This document shows, piece after piece, positions 1 to 11,445 of a stretch of 64,000 nucleotides of DNA. The DNA lies in contig NC_087436.1 in assembly GCF_036321535.1 (NCBI RefSeq), forward strand, positions 112,036,001-112,100,000, read 5' to 3'. A model generated the notes under the pieces. It had not been told where the DNA came from. It saw only the letters and a list, made by a program, of their open reading frames with translations, and searched no databases. Origin of the DNA: Camelus dromedarius (taxonomy: Eukaryota). Position 1 is the stretch's first letter. Every line of letters starts with the position of its first letter. The position numbers and the translations under genes were made by a program.

Positions 1-239
1 GGACCTGAGTAAAGGCTCTTTCAAGCAAGAGAACAGGAAATTCAAGGTCCTGAGGTTAGGGCCAAAGAAGTCAGTCTGATGGTGTAGGAGGAGGTGACTT
101 CATGGGTGGCGGGGAAACGGGGCCAGGTTCCTATAATGCCTTATTCTCAAATATCCTTTCTGCCCCAAATTTTGTCACCATCAGGAAGTGTCAACACTTG
201 TACAGCTTATATGCTATTAAATAAGTACCTATGGATAAA

Positions 240-560
240 TACAGTATTTATTGAGCACCTATTATGTTACAGCTTCTCAGGTCACACAAAAATGAACAAG
301 TAAGTCATGGTCTAAACCTAGAAGAGTTAGCCACCAAGTAGGTAAAGAAGGCAAGTGAATGACAGTACCATATGTTGTGATGAGGGCCAAAGCCAGGACT
401 GAAAACACTGCCCATCTCACGCAGGAGACACAGGCTCACCTGCATATATACAGACACAGGGCATATATGCATATGTATATACATATACATTCATATACAT
501 TATACAGGGTATAGAGGGGACAACATTTGATCTGGGTCTTGAAGGATAAATACTTCTTGA
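240..560 (-). mobile_element. L2 3' fragment
   Basis: TATTTATTGAGCACCTATTATG terminus and GGGTCTTGAAGGAT. Confidence 0.6.
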
Positions 561-689
561 AATGGGCATCCATTCTGAGGCTTTAAAATTGTTTATTTAA
601 CAGATATTTTGCGATATTGTAGAATCGCAGAATAAGCACTAAAGGATGCTGAGAGAACGTATAATTCAACCCTCACACTTCCTAGCAGT

Positions 690-1045
690 GAGTCAGTATA
701 GTGTGATGACTGAGAGTGTGAGTTGGAATCTTATTTGCCTCCACTCTAGACCCTGCTTTGGCACATTGCTTTCAATGCCTTACTTTTGTCATCTGTAAAA
801 TGGAGTTGCTAATTATACCTAGTTTATTAGGTTGTTGAGAGGATCCTGTGAGATAAATTGCAAAAGTGCTTGAAGAGAAGTAACCAAGACATAGTAAGAA
901 AGCTTTCAACGAGTAGTAGCTGTTGCTAGGATACGGAAACTGAGAAACAGAGATGTTAAATAATTTGCCTACCGCCTCATAGGTAATTGTTGACAGACTC
1001 GGATTAGAACCCAAGTCTTGTACTTTTCTAGTCCAGAGGTCTCTC
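690..1045. mobile_element. Two MIR SINEs in opposite orientation (690-920 plus, 930-1045 minus)
   Basis: Core CATCTGTAAAATGG...GGTTGTTGAGAGGAT, followed by reverse-oriented GGAAACTGAGAAACAGAGATGTTAAATAATTTGCC. Confidence 0.75.
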
Positions 1046-2589
1046 CCAGACATGGCATTTTGTTCTGTCTTGAATTAGTTTTGTTGTTTTAATTTTTTAT
1101 TTAAACAAAATAGAAACGAAGTTAAGCTTTTTCTTACTCTGCTGAGCCCTGGTTCGTGATTTAAGAAATTCATACTTTATCTCCAGTTCCCTAAAATTCT
1201 TTGAAGCTACCTCCAAAGGGCACTGTCCCTTCCCTCTCTAGCCTTTTGGCTTATATCATCTAGAATCTATCCTGCAGCCCAACCCTATCAAGAGAGCAAA
1301 TGCAGAGCTTCAGGGATGAGATACGGCAAGGAGCCTCCCCGTGTCGGGAGGTGTGATGCGAGCTGTCTTTATGACGCAAAGCACTCTTGTCTATGAAAAG
1401 GTAATGAGCTTCACAATTTAGGTTTGCTAACCCATATACTATGGCAGCTTTTGTGTGCAATAATTTTGCCCTTTTCTGCCTCAGATTTTCATTTAGATGG
1501 TCTGAACTTCAGCGAGTCCAGAGGAAAATTAAAAATATATATTGATGCTAATTCCTATTAATAGTTTAATCGATTCTAATTAATTTAATATAGAGATTTT
1601 TTTTTAAATAGGAGAACCAGAATTCTGTCAAGGAAGTGGATATTTTTTTCAGCAAAAGTCACCTCTTAATCATGGAGCAAGCGGAGCACAAGATTTAACG
1701 GCAACATGTGAACATTTTTGGCCCTTACCTGCTGTTTTGGATGATCTGTCCATTTGCTCCAGCTATCAGAGTGGGTAATTGAGAACTGACTCCGATTTAA
1801 CTTGCATTTTTTATGAGCCTGTTTATGGATCTTTGTAGTCACCCTTGAGGAAGGAGGCCACAAAAGAAAAGGCTCATTGATTTACTTCTAATTTTGCAAA
1901 AAGTCCAAGCCTGCATGTACTCAGTCATTTGAGGACAGTTTTATCAGCAGTTTAAAAATGATATTATGCAGACTAAGTATGTAAACGGCCAGAATACAGA
2001 GTTTTGGAATAAGGGAGCTTAGAGTTTGTCATCTTTAACCACCATTCACTGCCAAAGTACCCCCTGCCCCTAACTTCCCTGCAAAATGCCTTGAATTTGG
2101 GCTGCCAGGCCCTGACAGAGGGAGTGCTTCCCATCTCTTGAATCAGCCCGGGTGACCTTTAGATTGCTTTTATGCTTAAGAAATTCTTCCCTGTATTGAG
2201 AAGAATCCTGCCTCTTTATAATTTATGCCCATTGGATAAGGTTATTAATTCAAAGATGTTGTTCCTTTGCTGGAATGTGGTAATTCCTTAGTAAATGCTT
2301 GTTACTATTAGCATGACTATTTTTGTCTTACAGCTAGTACATGAAAGGTAGTGTTACGTAAATTAAAGAACATTTGTATTGTTTATTCCTGGTGGATATG
2401 GTTAAAGCTGCTTGACTAAGTCCATGGGGATCCGATAAAGGCAAGACCTATTTAACCTCAATGAGTTGAGTTTTGATGGTTACCATGATGCTAGCCGTTC
2501 AGAGCTGAACTCTGTGTCTGGACACAGAGAGTTTATTTATTATATTTATATATATGTATATATATTTAAAGTATACTTTTTTTGCATCA

Positions 2590-2935
2590 ATCTATTTCCT
2601 TTTTCAAACCTCTTCATTGAAGAACAGTTAACATACAAAAAGCTGTACACAATTGCTGTATATGACTTGATGAGTTTGGAGAAAAGGATACATCCATGAA
2701 ACCATCACCGCAATCTAGGCCATAAACATACCTGCTGTCTCCAAAAGTTTCCTCCCGCCCTCTTTATTTTTTATTATTGTTATTCATTTCAGGGGCTAAG
2801 AGCACTTAACATAAGATCTACCTTCCTAGCAAACTTGTAAGTGTACCATTTGTTACCAGTAACTGCAGGCCCTGTGCAGTACAGTAGATCTCTAGGACTT
2901 TCTTATGTTGAATGGCTGAAACCTAGTACCCCCTG
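2590..2935 (-). mobile_element. L1MA9/10-like 3' end fragment
   Basis: CATCCATGAAACCATCACC...CACTTAACATAAGATCTACC...AGTAGATCTCTAGGAC. Confidence 0.7.
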
Positions 2936-3559
2936 AGAAGGAGGGTTATTTTTAAGTGATTTTTTTATGCTGCAAAAGAACAAAGGGCAAAAGGGATACC
3001 CATCCTCTGCAGAACTAACACACTGGAAATAAAATTATTTTGACTCACCTTACTGATCTTATGAATATACTCTGTCAAGCTGAGGACCTCCCCATGGCTC
3101 TCTGTAGGCATTTTCTCTGTCACTGAAAACATGACCATGTCTTCTGCTTTCTCTGAAGGAGTAATCCCCAACTTGAAGCTAACAAGGTGATCATGTAAGA
3201 ATTGGCTAAAACAATTGAATCATGTGTATGTCAAGAAGAAAAAAAAAAAAAAAAGAAAAACCAAGCAGCTCCTAAAGGGTATTTAACAACAGATTGGCTG
3301 CTCTGTATAAAATCGTTTTTTTTTTCTCTTACATTTTACTCATAACCTTTCATCTCACAGGTTGTTCCGTCTTACATACCTACTTATTTTGAATTTCAAT
3401 TTGCACAGTTTTCTTCACTATGTAAACATCAGGTTCTGGAAATGTGCCCAGCAGGGTATAGCAGTTTAATCCCCGTAAAGTGTCACTCGGGTCAACAGCA
3501 CAAGTGGTCTATGGATATTCTTTTAAAAGCGGTACATATATATTTGTTGTCTATTACTG

Positions 3560-3670
3560 CAGTATTTCCAGGAGAATGTTGTAGGGAACACTGATTCCAA
3601 AGGGTGCCAATAAATAGATGCTACGCAAAAAAAAATTCTATCCATGATCAAGTAAGTTTGGGAAAGACTG
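3560..3670. mobile_element. MER103C-like hAT MITE
   Basis: CAGTATTTCC...GGAACACT...CAAGTAAGTTTGGGAAAGACTG with imperfect inverted ends. Confidence 0.65.
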
Positions 3671-5459
3671 GTTTTCATACTATACTAGGTTCTTTGATGC
3701 AATACCTCAGCTAGCTTTTCATACGAGAAGGTGTGTCATGAATCTCTAAGATGGAGAGAAGGTATTCAGTTAAGTTGATCACGGCCCCTTCCCCCCTCTT
3801 TTTTTTTTTTTTTCCCCTCCAGGGATGATTATCTGCAGGATATTTTCGGAGAAATGATAGAGCAGCCATTAGATCAGTGACGACATGCATCCCGATTGGC
3901 TGCCTGGAATATGCAGATCTCGAGTTTTGCCCATGTGTCTTACATCTAAAGATAGCAGTGAGAGTAAAAGTTGTCAGAATAGCATTTGGTTTCAAGCCAT
4001 TTAAAACTCGTAGACTCAATTTTATCTTGAAAATTCTTTTAAACACTCTTCATTTTTCCTTTTCATTGCATTAGACTCAGCTTATGAAATCAATTGACGA
4101 ATATCCACACCGACATGCATATATGTGAATTCATACCTGTTACATAAATAATTACTTATTGAAACACTTTTCCCTTCTAGACTGGCAACTCCTTGAAGAC
4201 AGGATCCATGTCTATGTTCCTCCATTTCTTCTATTTTCCCTGGTAGCTGATATAACTCTCAGCACCCAAAAGAAGCTGAATAAATGATTCTCCAGTGGGT
4301 ATATGAATAGTTACCAGTATCAACCCTCCCCCCTCAATAAAACCCACCTTTATCAGTTTTTTTCAGAGGGAAAATGCATCTTATTTATTCGCATTTTTAA
4401 GCTTACATGGGTATCTTTATTAATTCCCTACCCTAGGTTTTCACATTTTAGAAGATTTTTGTCTACAAACTGCATTTATGACATGACAATGAACTTGTTT
4501 TCCCTTTGTTTGCTGTTGAAAGATAGAGCTTCTGATTATAGGAGATAAGCACTGTTATCATACAGAGTTTCTAAATTCCTGCTCAAAGCAAAGAAACTTG
4601 ATATTTTAGTTAATCTTGGCAGCCATATTTTGAGGGAAAATATGTGTTTTATATGCTTTGAGCCTTGGAGGCCCCCATTACCACTTTCAGGAATACTTAA
4701 AGGGGACAAATGTACATGGGGCATCACTGACGTGATAATTTGGGCAAAATACTAAGTAACATAATCATTCATTAACGGGTGGGGGGGTGGAGTGTTTATC
4801 AAATAAGACGTTTGGATATAATAGAAACATCATAGTGAATGAATGTAAGATGATCATATGGATTCACAGTTCACTTGCAGGGCTATGGAGTAGCTAAACG
4901 CCTAGGCATTGAGAAATACAGAAGGCTTTTTGATATGATTATTAAGATTCTTAAAGTATGAGTTTTAATCATAGTTTGGGATCATTTTTCTTCCCCTGGG
5001 AAAACTTCTCTGCCAGAGTAAGCAAGTCAATGAATAATGACTCAATATGCAGCTATTTGCATTACCCACAACAGCTCCAGAATGCATCTAATGTGCACAG
5101 GGGGGTCAGAGTTTGCTTTGTATTCAAGATAACAATCCAGTTTTCTCCAGCAACACCCAATTAGCCAGGCATGCATTTTCTGGCTTGTAGAATAACCAGA
5201 GCTCTTGTTTCTCGTGCTGAGTCATTGCCGGCTCCCCTAATCCTGGTCCCAGCAGAAAGGGACTGGGACAGGGAGAGCAGTGCATTTAATCATCGTCACT
5301 ATTGTCCTCACTATTGTTTACCACCAGCTTTGTCAAAAAATGAAGAAACTAAAGTTATTAACTCTGCTTTGGTCTTGTCTTTAGCCTTTCATTTCTCCAC
5401 ACTTAGCTAACCATCCATTATTTTGAATAATTTGAATAATTAAGAAACATTTAGTATAT

Positions 5460-5586
5460 AGTTTTAGGCACATGGGGAAGGGCAGAGAACTGTGCTTAGG
5501 TCTGCTTCTTCTCACTTGCCTTCAGCTTGAAATAGTCCTTATGTGTAAGTGGCAGATTTTGGGGTGGCATATTCTATTACCCTTCA
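5460..5586 (-). mobile_element. MER34-like LTR 5' fragment
   Basis: Minus strand TGAAGGGTAATAGAATATGCCACCCCAAAATCTGCCAC, similar to the corresponding end of 7442-7936. Confidence 0.7.
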
Positions 5587-5669
5587 AATGTAACTTCTAA
5601 GGAATTAAAAGGACCCAGCCATTAACTCTGTCTTCCATGAATCAAGGGAGTTATAACTAGATGTCATAC

Positions 5670-6302
5670 TGATACAGGAAAAATGGGGTGAGAGAGGATA
5701 GCCATGTCCCAGGTCCCAGACGAGTCCCGGTGATGCACCCCAAGTGAGGGTCCATAGGTAAGAATTCATGAACAAGCCATAGCTGAGCAAAGGCAGATTT
5801 ATTCAGAGAGATGCATGCTCCATAGACCAAGTGTAGGCCGTCTCAGAAGGCCGGAAAGGCCATGAGGCGCGGGAGTGGGTGTTTAGCTTACCGTAAAAGT
5901 AGATACACATTGCAAAGACAGGGTGCGGTCCATCTCCAAAGGCAAGGGAGCAGGAGGCTGCAAGGTGCTTTGTTACTAGTTTTTATGGGCTTGGCAACTT
6001 CATATGCTAACAAGTATTGGGAAGAGGATTGGGAAGAGGCTGGGATTCCCAGGAACTGGGCCACTGCTCACTTTTTGACCTTTCAAGGTCAGCCTCAGAA
6101 CTGTCATGGTGCCTGTGGGAGTGCCATTTGGCATGCTAATATATTACAATGAACGTATAATGAAGCTCAGGATCTACTGGAAGTCAAATCTCCTACCATC
6201 TTGGGCCTCAGGATCTACTGGGAATTGACTTCCACCATCTTGGTGCTAATTGCTGTGTCATTCCTATAATGGCTGTGCCCTGTCCCCTTCCCTCCTGTCT
6301 TA
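5670..6302 (-). mobile_element. ERV1-type solo LTR, family A copy 1
   Basis: TG...TA termini (CA mutated). 4-bp TSD ATAC at 5666-5669 and 6303-6306. AATAAA on the minus strand near 5797. Collinear with 37737-38379. Confidence 0.88.
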
Positions 6303-6697
6303 ATACCCACAAGAAGTTGCCAACAGGTCTAAAACAACCCCCACCCCATTGCCATGCCCCTATGTTCTTTGTGGAGACTCCTGCTTGTGAAACTTGGTCA
6401 TTGCTGCCATCCCACAAAGAAAATAAAGTTGAGGACATCCTCCTAATATGAGAGAGAAAGAAAGCAAAAGACTGTGAATAAAAGAAAGAGAGAGAGACTT
6501 CACAAACCTGTGGGTTAAGAAGCAACAGTCAGATGATGTTTTTTGATACTGACTTCATTTTATTAAGAGAAGGAAGAATGGGCAGGAGAACACCCTCTGT
6601 CTGGCCACACATCTCTGGCTCTTAAAATCTTGAATTTTTGCCTTATTGCTAGTTTTAATCCAACTCCAAATTAGGCCTAGATAGGAAAGAGCCATTA

Positions 6698-7153
6698 CTT
6701 TTTTTTTTCTCTTTTTTAATTTAATTTTTATTGAAGTTTAATTGCTGTACAATATTATATGTTACAGGTGTACAATATAGAGAGTCACAATTTTTAAAGG
6801 TAATACTCCATTTATGGTTATTATAAAATATTGGCTGTATTCCTCTTGTTGTGCAATACATCCCTGTAGCTTATTTTATACCTAAATATTTATGCCTCCT
6901 ACTCCTCTACCCCTATATTGCTTCTGTCCCCTTCCCTCTCCCCACTGGTGACCACAGTTTGTTTTCTATCTCTGTGAGTTTGCTTCTTTTTTGTTATACT
7001 AACTAGTTTGTTGTATTTTTTAGATTCCACATACAAGTATATCTATCATACAGTATTTGTCTTTATCTGACGTATTTCAAATTTAGCATAATGCACTACA
7101 CATCCATCCATGTTGCTGCAAATGGCAAGATTTCATTCTTTTTTTTACGGCTG
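6698..7153 (-). mobile_element. 5'-truncated lineage-specific L1 3' end
   Basis: Poly-T followed by L1 3'UTR and ORF2 end (TTAGATTCCACATA...CATCCATGTTGCTGCAAATGGCA). Same subfamily as 44576-45088. Confidence 0.85.
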
Positions 7154-7441
7154 GAGAACTGGTTTTGGCCAGGTCCTATTACAATCTTGTTGATATCTGT
7201 ACCCCAGGGTCCATTACAAAGCCTGTGGAATTGCAGGCATTTATTTAATCAGTAACTTTGTTTTGAGTGCCTACTGTGTCATTTGTGAGTGAAGGAGTGA
7301 ATGAATGAGTGAAACCTGTTGTCACCTATAATCTGCATGAAGTTGGCACTTTGACTGGTTTTGCCTATATGGGAGGCACTATGGTGTCCTTGTACAAACG
7401 TGCTCTCTAGAAACATTCTGCCTGCCTGGCTTCCTAGCTGA

Positions 7442-7936
7442 TGTAGATGAGGAAAACTTTTTCTTTCTATCCTTCTAGGTTCTTTGGCTGGTCTAATAAC
7501 TCAATTGACTTAAGGCAATTTAACAGGAGAAAAATTAATTTAATTTGTTACGTACAGGAGTCCCACAAAGACATGAGCGGCTCCCAGCAGTTAGGAGATT
7601 GAGGCTTATATATCATACTGAGCTAAGGAGAGGCAGGTAGGAGTCTGGGGACTCAGGAGTCTAGGGAAGAGAAGTCACAGGAAGATGAGAAGAGGTGTTT
7701 GCTTAACCAGTGGTTTCCATGTCATGCAGATAAGTCTTTCTGATATAAAAATTTATCTTTGGTATTAGCTCTCTTCCTGGTACAGGCCCTCTGTCTTAAT
7801 TCTTTTAGGCAGTTAAGGCAGCAGTTAAAAAAAAAAATTTTTTTCCTGAGTCTGTGAGGTGTTAATTCCCTCTAGGTCAAAACAGTCCACATGCCGAAGT
7901 GGCACATTTTGGGGTGGTGTATTCTGCTCCCCCTCA
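7442..7936 (-). mobile_element. ERV1 MER34-like solo LTR inserted in a MIR
   Basis: TG...CA termini. TSD CTGA at 7438-7441 and 7937-7940. Minus strand begins TGAGGGGGAGCAGAATACACCACCCCAAAATGTGCCAC. TATA-like TATATAAG near 7604-7611. Confidence 0.85.
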
Positions 7937-8089
7937 CTGAGTAACATGGGCCCATTAGTCAATCTATTGGTTTTCCTCATAAGATGTGTACGAGTTTTTA
8001 CCACATAGTTTTGTTGCATGAGTTAAATATGATAATACATCTGAAGCTCTTAGAGACACACAACGTAGATATTAAATCTCACTAAATGT

Positions 8090-8563
8090 TAGCAGGTGGA
8101 TTCTGTCCCCCCAAAAGATATACCCAAGTCCTAACCCCTAGAACTCTGCATGTGATTTTATTTGGAAACAAGGTCTTTGCTGATGTCATTAAATTAAAGA
8201 TCTCAAGAAGGACTCCTTCTGGATTTAGGATGGGTCCTAAATCCAATGACTGATGTTCCTCTAAGAGAAAGGAGAAGGAAATTTGAGGCAGAGTGGAAGA
8301 CTATGGGAAAACCACGTGAAGACAGAGGTAGAGGTTCAAGTGATGTGTTTATAAGCCAAGGAGCACCAAGGATTGCCAGCAGCCTCCAGAAGCTAGGAGA
8401 AAGGCATGGAATGGATTTGCTCCCGGAGTCTCCAGAAGGAACCAACACTGACAAAGTCATGGTTTTGGATTTCTGGCCTCTACAACTGTGAGTGAATAAA
8501 TTCATTTTGTTTCAAATCACCCAGTTGGTGGTAGTATGTTACAGCATCCACAGAAACCAATAC
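8090..8563 (+). mobile_element. MLT1 (MaLR) LTR, MLT1C-like
   Basis: CCCCCCAAAAGATATACCCAAGTCCTAACCCC...TATTTGGAAACAAGGTCTTTGC...GAATAAATT...GAAACCAATAC. Confidence 0.85.
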
Positions 8564-9899
8564 GCTATTCTAATGATAAGGGGAAATTTTATTAATTTTT
8601 AAATTTACGTTAATTTTTGCCTTCTCTACAGCACGTAGTAGACTCCCCAGTTAATAGGCTGGATGGTTTCACGGACTAAAATAGGGAAAGAGCTTTCAAG
8701 CTGGGAGAGACCTTGCTGCCCATCCACTCCAGTCTTCTCATGTTCTGCCCGGGGAGGTGGTAGGGCTCGCCCAAAGGCACACAGCAAGATGACCCGGCAG
8801 TAGAAGGGCCCAAAGGGGATAGAAGGCCTCTGGGGAGTCAGCTGGTCTCTTCGGGGTGCTGCCCACAGCACGCCGCTCTCGCTGGGAGAGGTGCGCCCGG
8901 TCAGCATAGCAGAGCCCGGCTGCGGGCCTGTCTCACACCTGCCTGCGGTGAGCAGGGGTGCAGCGCTCACTTATTTGTCCCTTGAACAAGGAAAATTCCT
9001 GCTGAAGAAACACGTGTTTATTCCTTTCCAATGTCATCTTCCAACAGCACAGGACACAAGTTTGAATAGTGATCAAAGAAACCAGTTTCTCAAGACGAAA
9101 CTTCTTCGCATGAAACAGATATTAGACGGCTTTCTGATTCCTGCCCAGAGGAAGCAGTTTTCCACCTTGTGACTTTTCTGTGGTTATTTCTCACTGCTTG
9201 TCAGAAGGAAGCTGTTAATTGCCTGCTAAATATCTTCTCACTAGTGAGTGAGCCCTAACTGCTCTTAATTTCTCTCTGGCTATTGCCCTTGACCTACCGT
9301 TGGGCATTTCTGATGATCTCAGACAGAAGTCATCAATCTATAAATAGACATCCCTACAGAAGGCGATGGCAAAGCTGGGATCAGCTGGCTGTGACCAGAA
9401 TCTACAGCTAGAGAAGAAGAGATGTGGCTGTTCTCTGCCATGTGGCTCGAGATCGCTGTGTGGATGTCAGGAAGCAGAGGACCATCGAACATTATAATGA
9501 ATTCCCAGGGCAGCCCGTGAAACTGACCCCTCCTCTTGTCCTGTTAGTTCCACAAATAGCTTCTCCAGATCACCACTTACTAACTGTGTGGCCTGCAGAA
9601 AATTTCTTAGCCTCTCTGTTCCTTGGCAGGGTTTTCTCATATATAAAACATGGATGATAAAAGTCCCAACCTAGTAAGGTTTCTCTGAAAACCTTACAGT
9701 GATTCACATTAGACACATAACAGTGTCTGGCACATAATAGTTGTTTAGTTAAAATTAGCCATTGGTATCATCCTTGTTTTTAATCCTAGAAATTTTTTTG
9801 CTACCCACTCTCATATCCTTTTGGTTCCCAAGTTCAAGTTCTGCTGATGCTATTTTTTTTTTATTGTTGGTTCGCAGTACATCCTTCCACACCTTATCT

Positions 9900-11445
9900 G
9901 TGTTTTTTAAGTGGCTTTACTATTTATTTTATGTGTACCATAAAATTCACCTATCGTAAGTATACAATTCAATATTTTAAAAATTATGCTTACAGAGTTG
10001 TGTAGCAAGCATCACAATCCAGTGTTAGAACATTTTCATCACCCCAGGTAAGACCGCTAATGCCCATTGGTACGCTCCCCTTTGCTGTCTCGAGCCCCAG
10101 GCAACCACTAATCTACTTTCTGTCTTTATGGATTTATTTTTTTCTGGACATTTCCTATGAATGGAATCATACAATATGTGGTCTTTTGTGTCTGGCTTCT
10201 TAGCATAATATTTTTTGAGGTTCATTCACCTTGTAGATTCTGTCAGTACTTCACTCCTTTCTGTTTCCTGGTATGAGTCTATTGTTTGGCTATACCATCA
10301 TTTGTTTATTCATTTACCAGTTACAGACATTTGGATCATTTCTGCTTTTTGACTATTATAACTAATGCTGTTCTGACAATTTGTGTATAAGTCTTTATGT
10401 AAAAATATTTTTCTTTAATAAGCTGCTTAAGAGTAGAATTGCTGGGTCATATGGTAATTTTATATTTAACATTTTGGGAAACTGCCCAACTGTTATCCAA
10501 AGTGACTGCACCATTTTTTATTTCCACTAGCAAAATGCAAGGGTTCGCATTTCTCCATATTCTTTTCAACATTTGTTTCTTTTTGACTACTGTCACCCTG
10601 GTGGGTATGATTTGTATTTCCCTGGTGACTAATGATGTTGAGCATTATTTTTCATGTGCTTATTGGCTATTCACATATCTTCTTTGGAGAAGTGTGTACC
10701 CAACCTTGTGACTATTTTCAAATTGTGTTATTATTCTTTTTATTGTTGAGTTGTAAGAGTTATTTATATATTCGGACTACACGTCCTTTATTGGACATAT
10801 GATTTTAAAACATTTTCTCTATGTCTGTGGGTTGCCTTTTCACATTTTCAATGCTGTCTTTTGAAGCCCCCAAATTTTTAATCTTGATGAGCTGTAAATT
10901 ATTGATGACTTTTTCTTTTATGGACTGTCATATCTAAGAAATCTTTACTTAACCCACAGTCTGTGTTACCTTCTAAAAGTGTCATTATTTTAGCCTTTAT
11001 ATTTAGGTCTATGATTCATTTTGAGTTCATTGTTGTGTTTGGTCTGATATAAGTGTTCAAATTCATTATTGTGTGTGTGGATATCCAGTTTCCCCAGCAC
11101 CATTTGTTGAAAAGACTTTCTTTTCCTATTGAATTGTCTTGAAATCTTCATTTAAAATCTATTGACAGTAAATGTAAAGACATTTCAATTTTAGTCCATT
11201 GATCTATATGTCTATGCTTATGTTGAAACCATACTGTCTTTTAAAAAAAGTTTTTTTTTTTTTTTTGGTGGGGGAGGTCATTAGGTTTATTTTATTTATT
11301 TGTTTGTTTTATTTTAAAGGAGGTACTGGGGACTGAACCCAGGACCTCGTGCATGCTAAGCATGTGCTCCACCATTGAGCTACATCCTCCCCTGAAACCA
11401 TACTGTTTTTGTTACTGTAGCTTTGTATTAATTTTTGAAATCAGG
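9900..11445 (-). mobile_element. Old L1 (L1MB-like) 3' portion, interrupted by the SINE
   Basis: Typical antisense L1 3'UTR/ORF2 sequence (CAGGCAACCACTAATCTACTTTCTGTC; CCCAGCACCATTTGTTGAAAAGAC). Confidence 0.85.
11238..11392 (-). mobile_element. tRNA-Ala-derived SINE, camelid Vic-1 type
   Basis: Minus strand reads GGGGAGGATGTAGCTCAATGG...CTTAGCATG...GGTTCAGTCCCCAG (A box, AGC anticodon, B box) followed by an A-rich tail. TSD TGAAACCATACTGT at 11224-11237 and 11393-11406. Confidence 0.9.

Noticed and set aside
5862..6152. Paralogous small proteins (this ORF and 38045-38227 share SYANK...FLTFQGQPQN)
   Set aside because: The similarity simply reflects two copies of the same LTR.
11318..11392. 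tRNA-Ala gene
   Set aside because: It is the head of a SINE with a tail and TSD, and the cloverleaf is degenerate.
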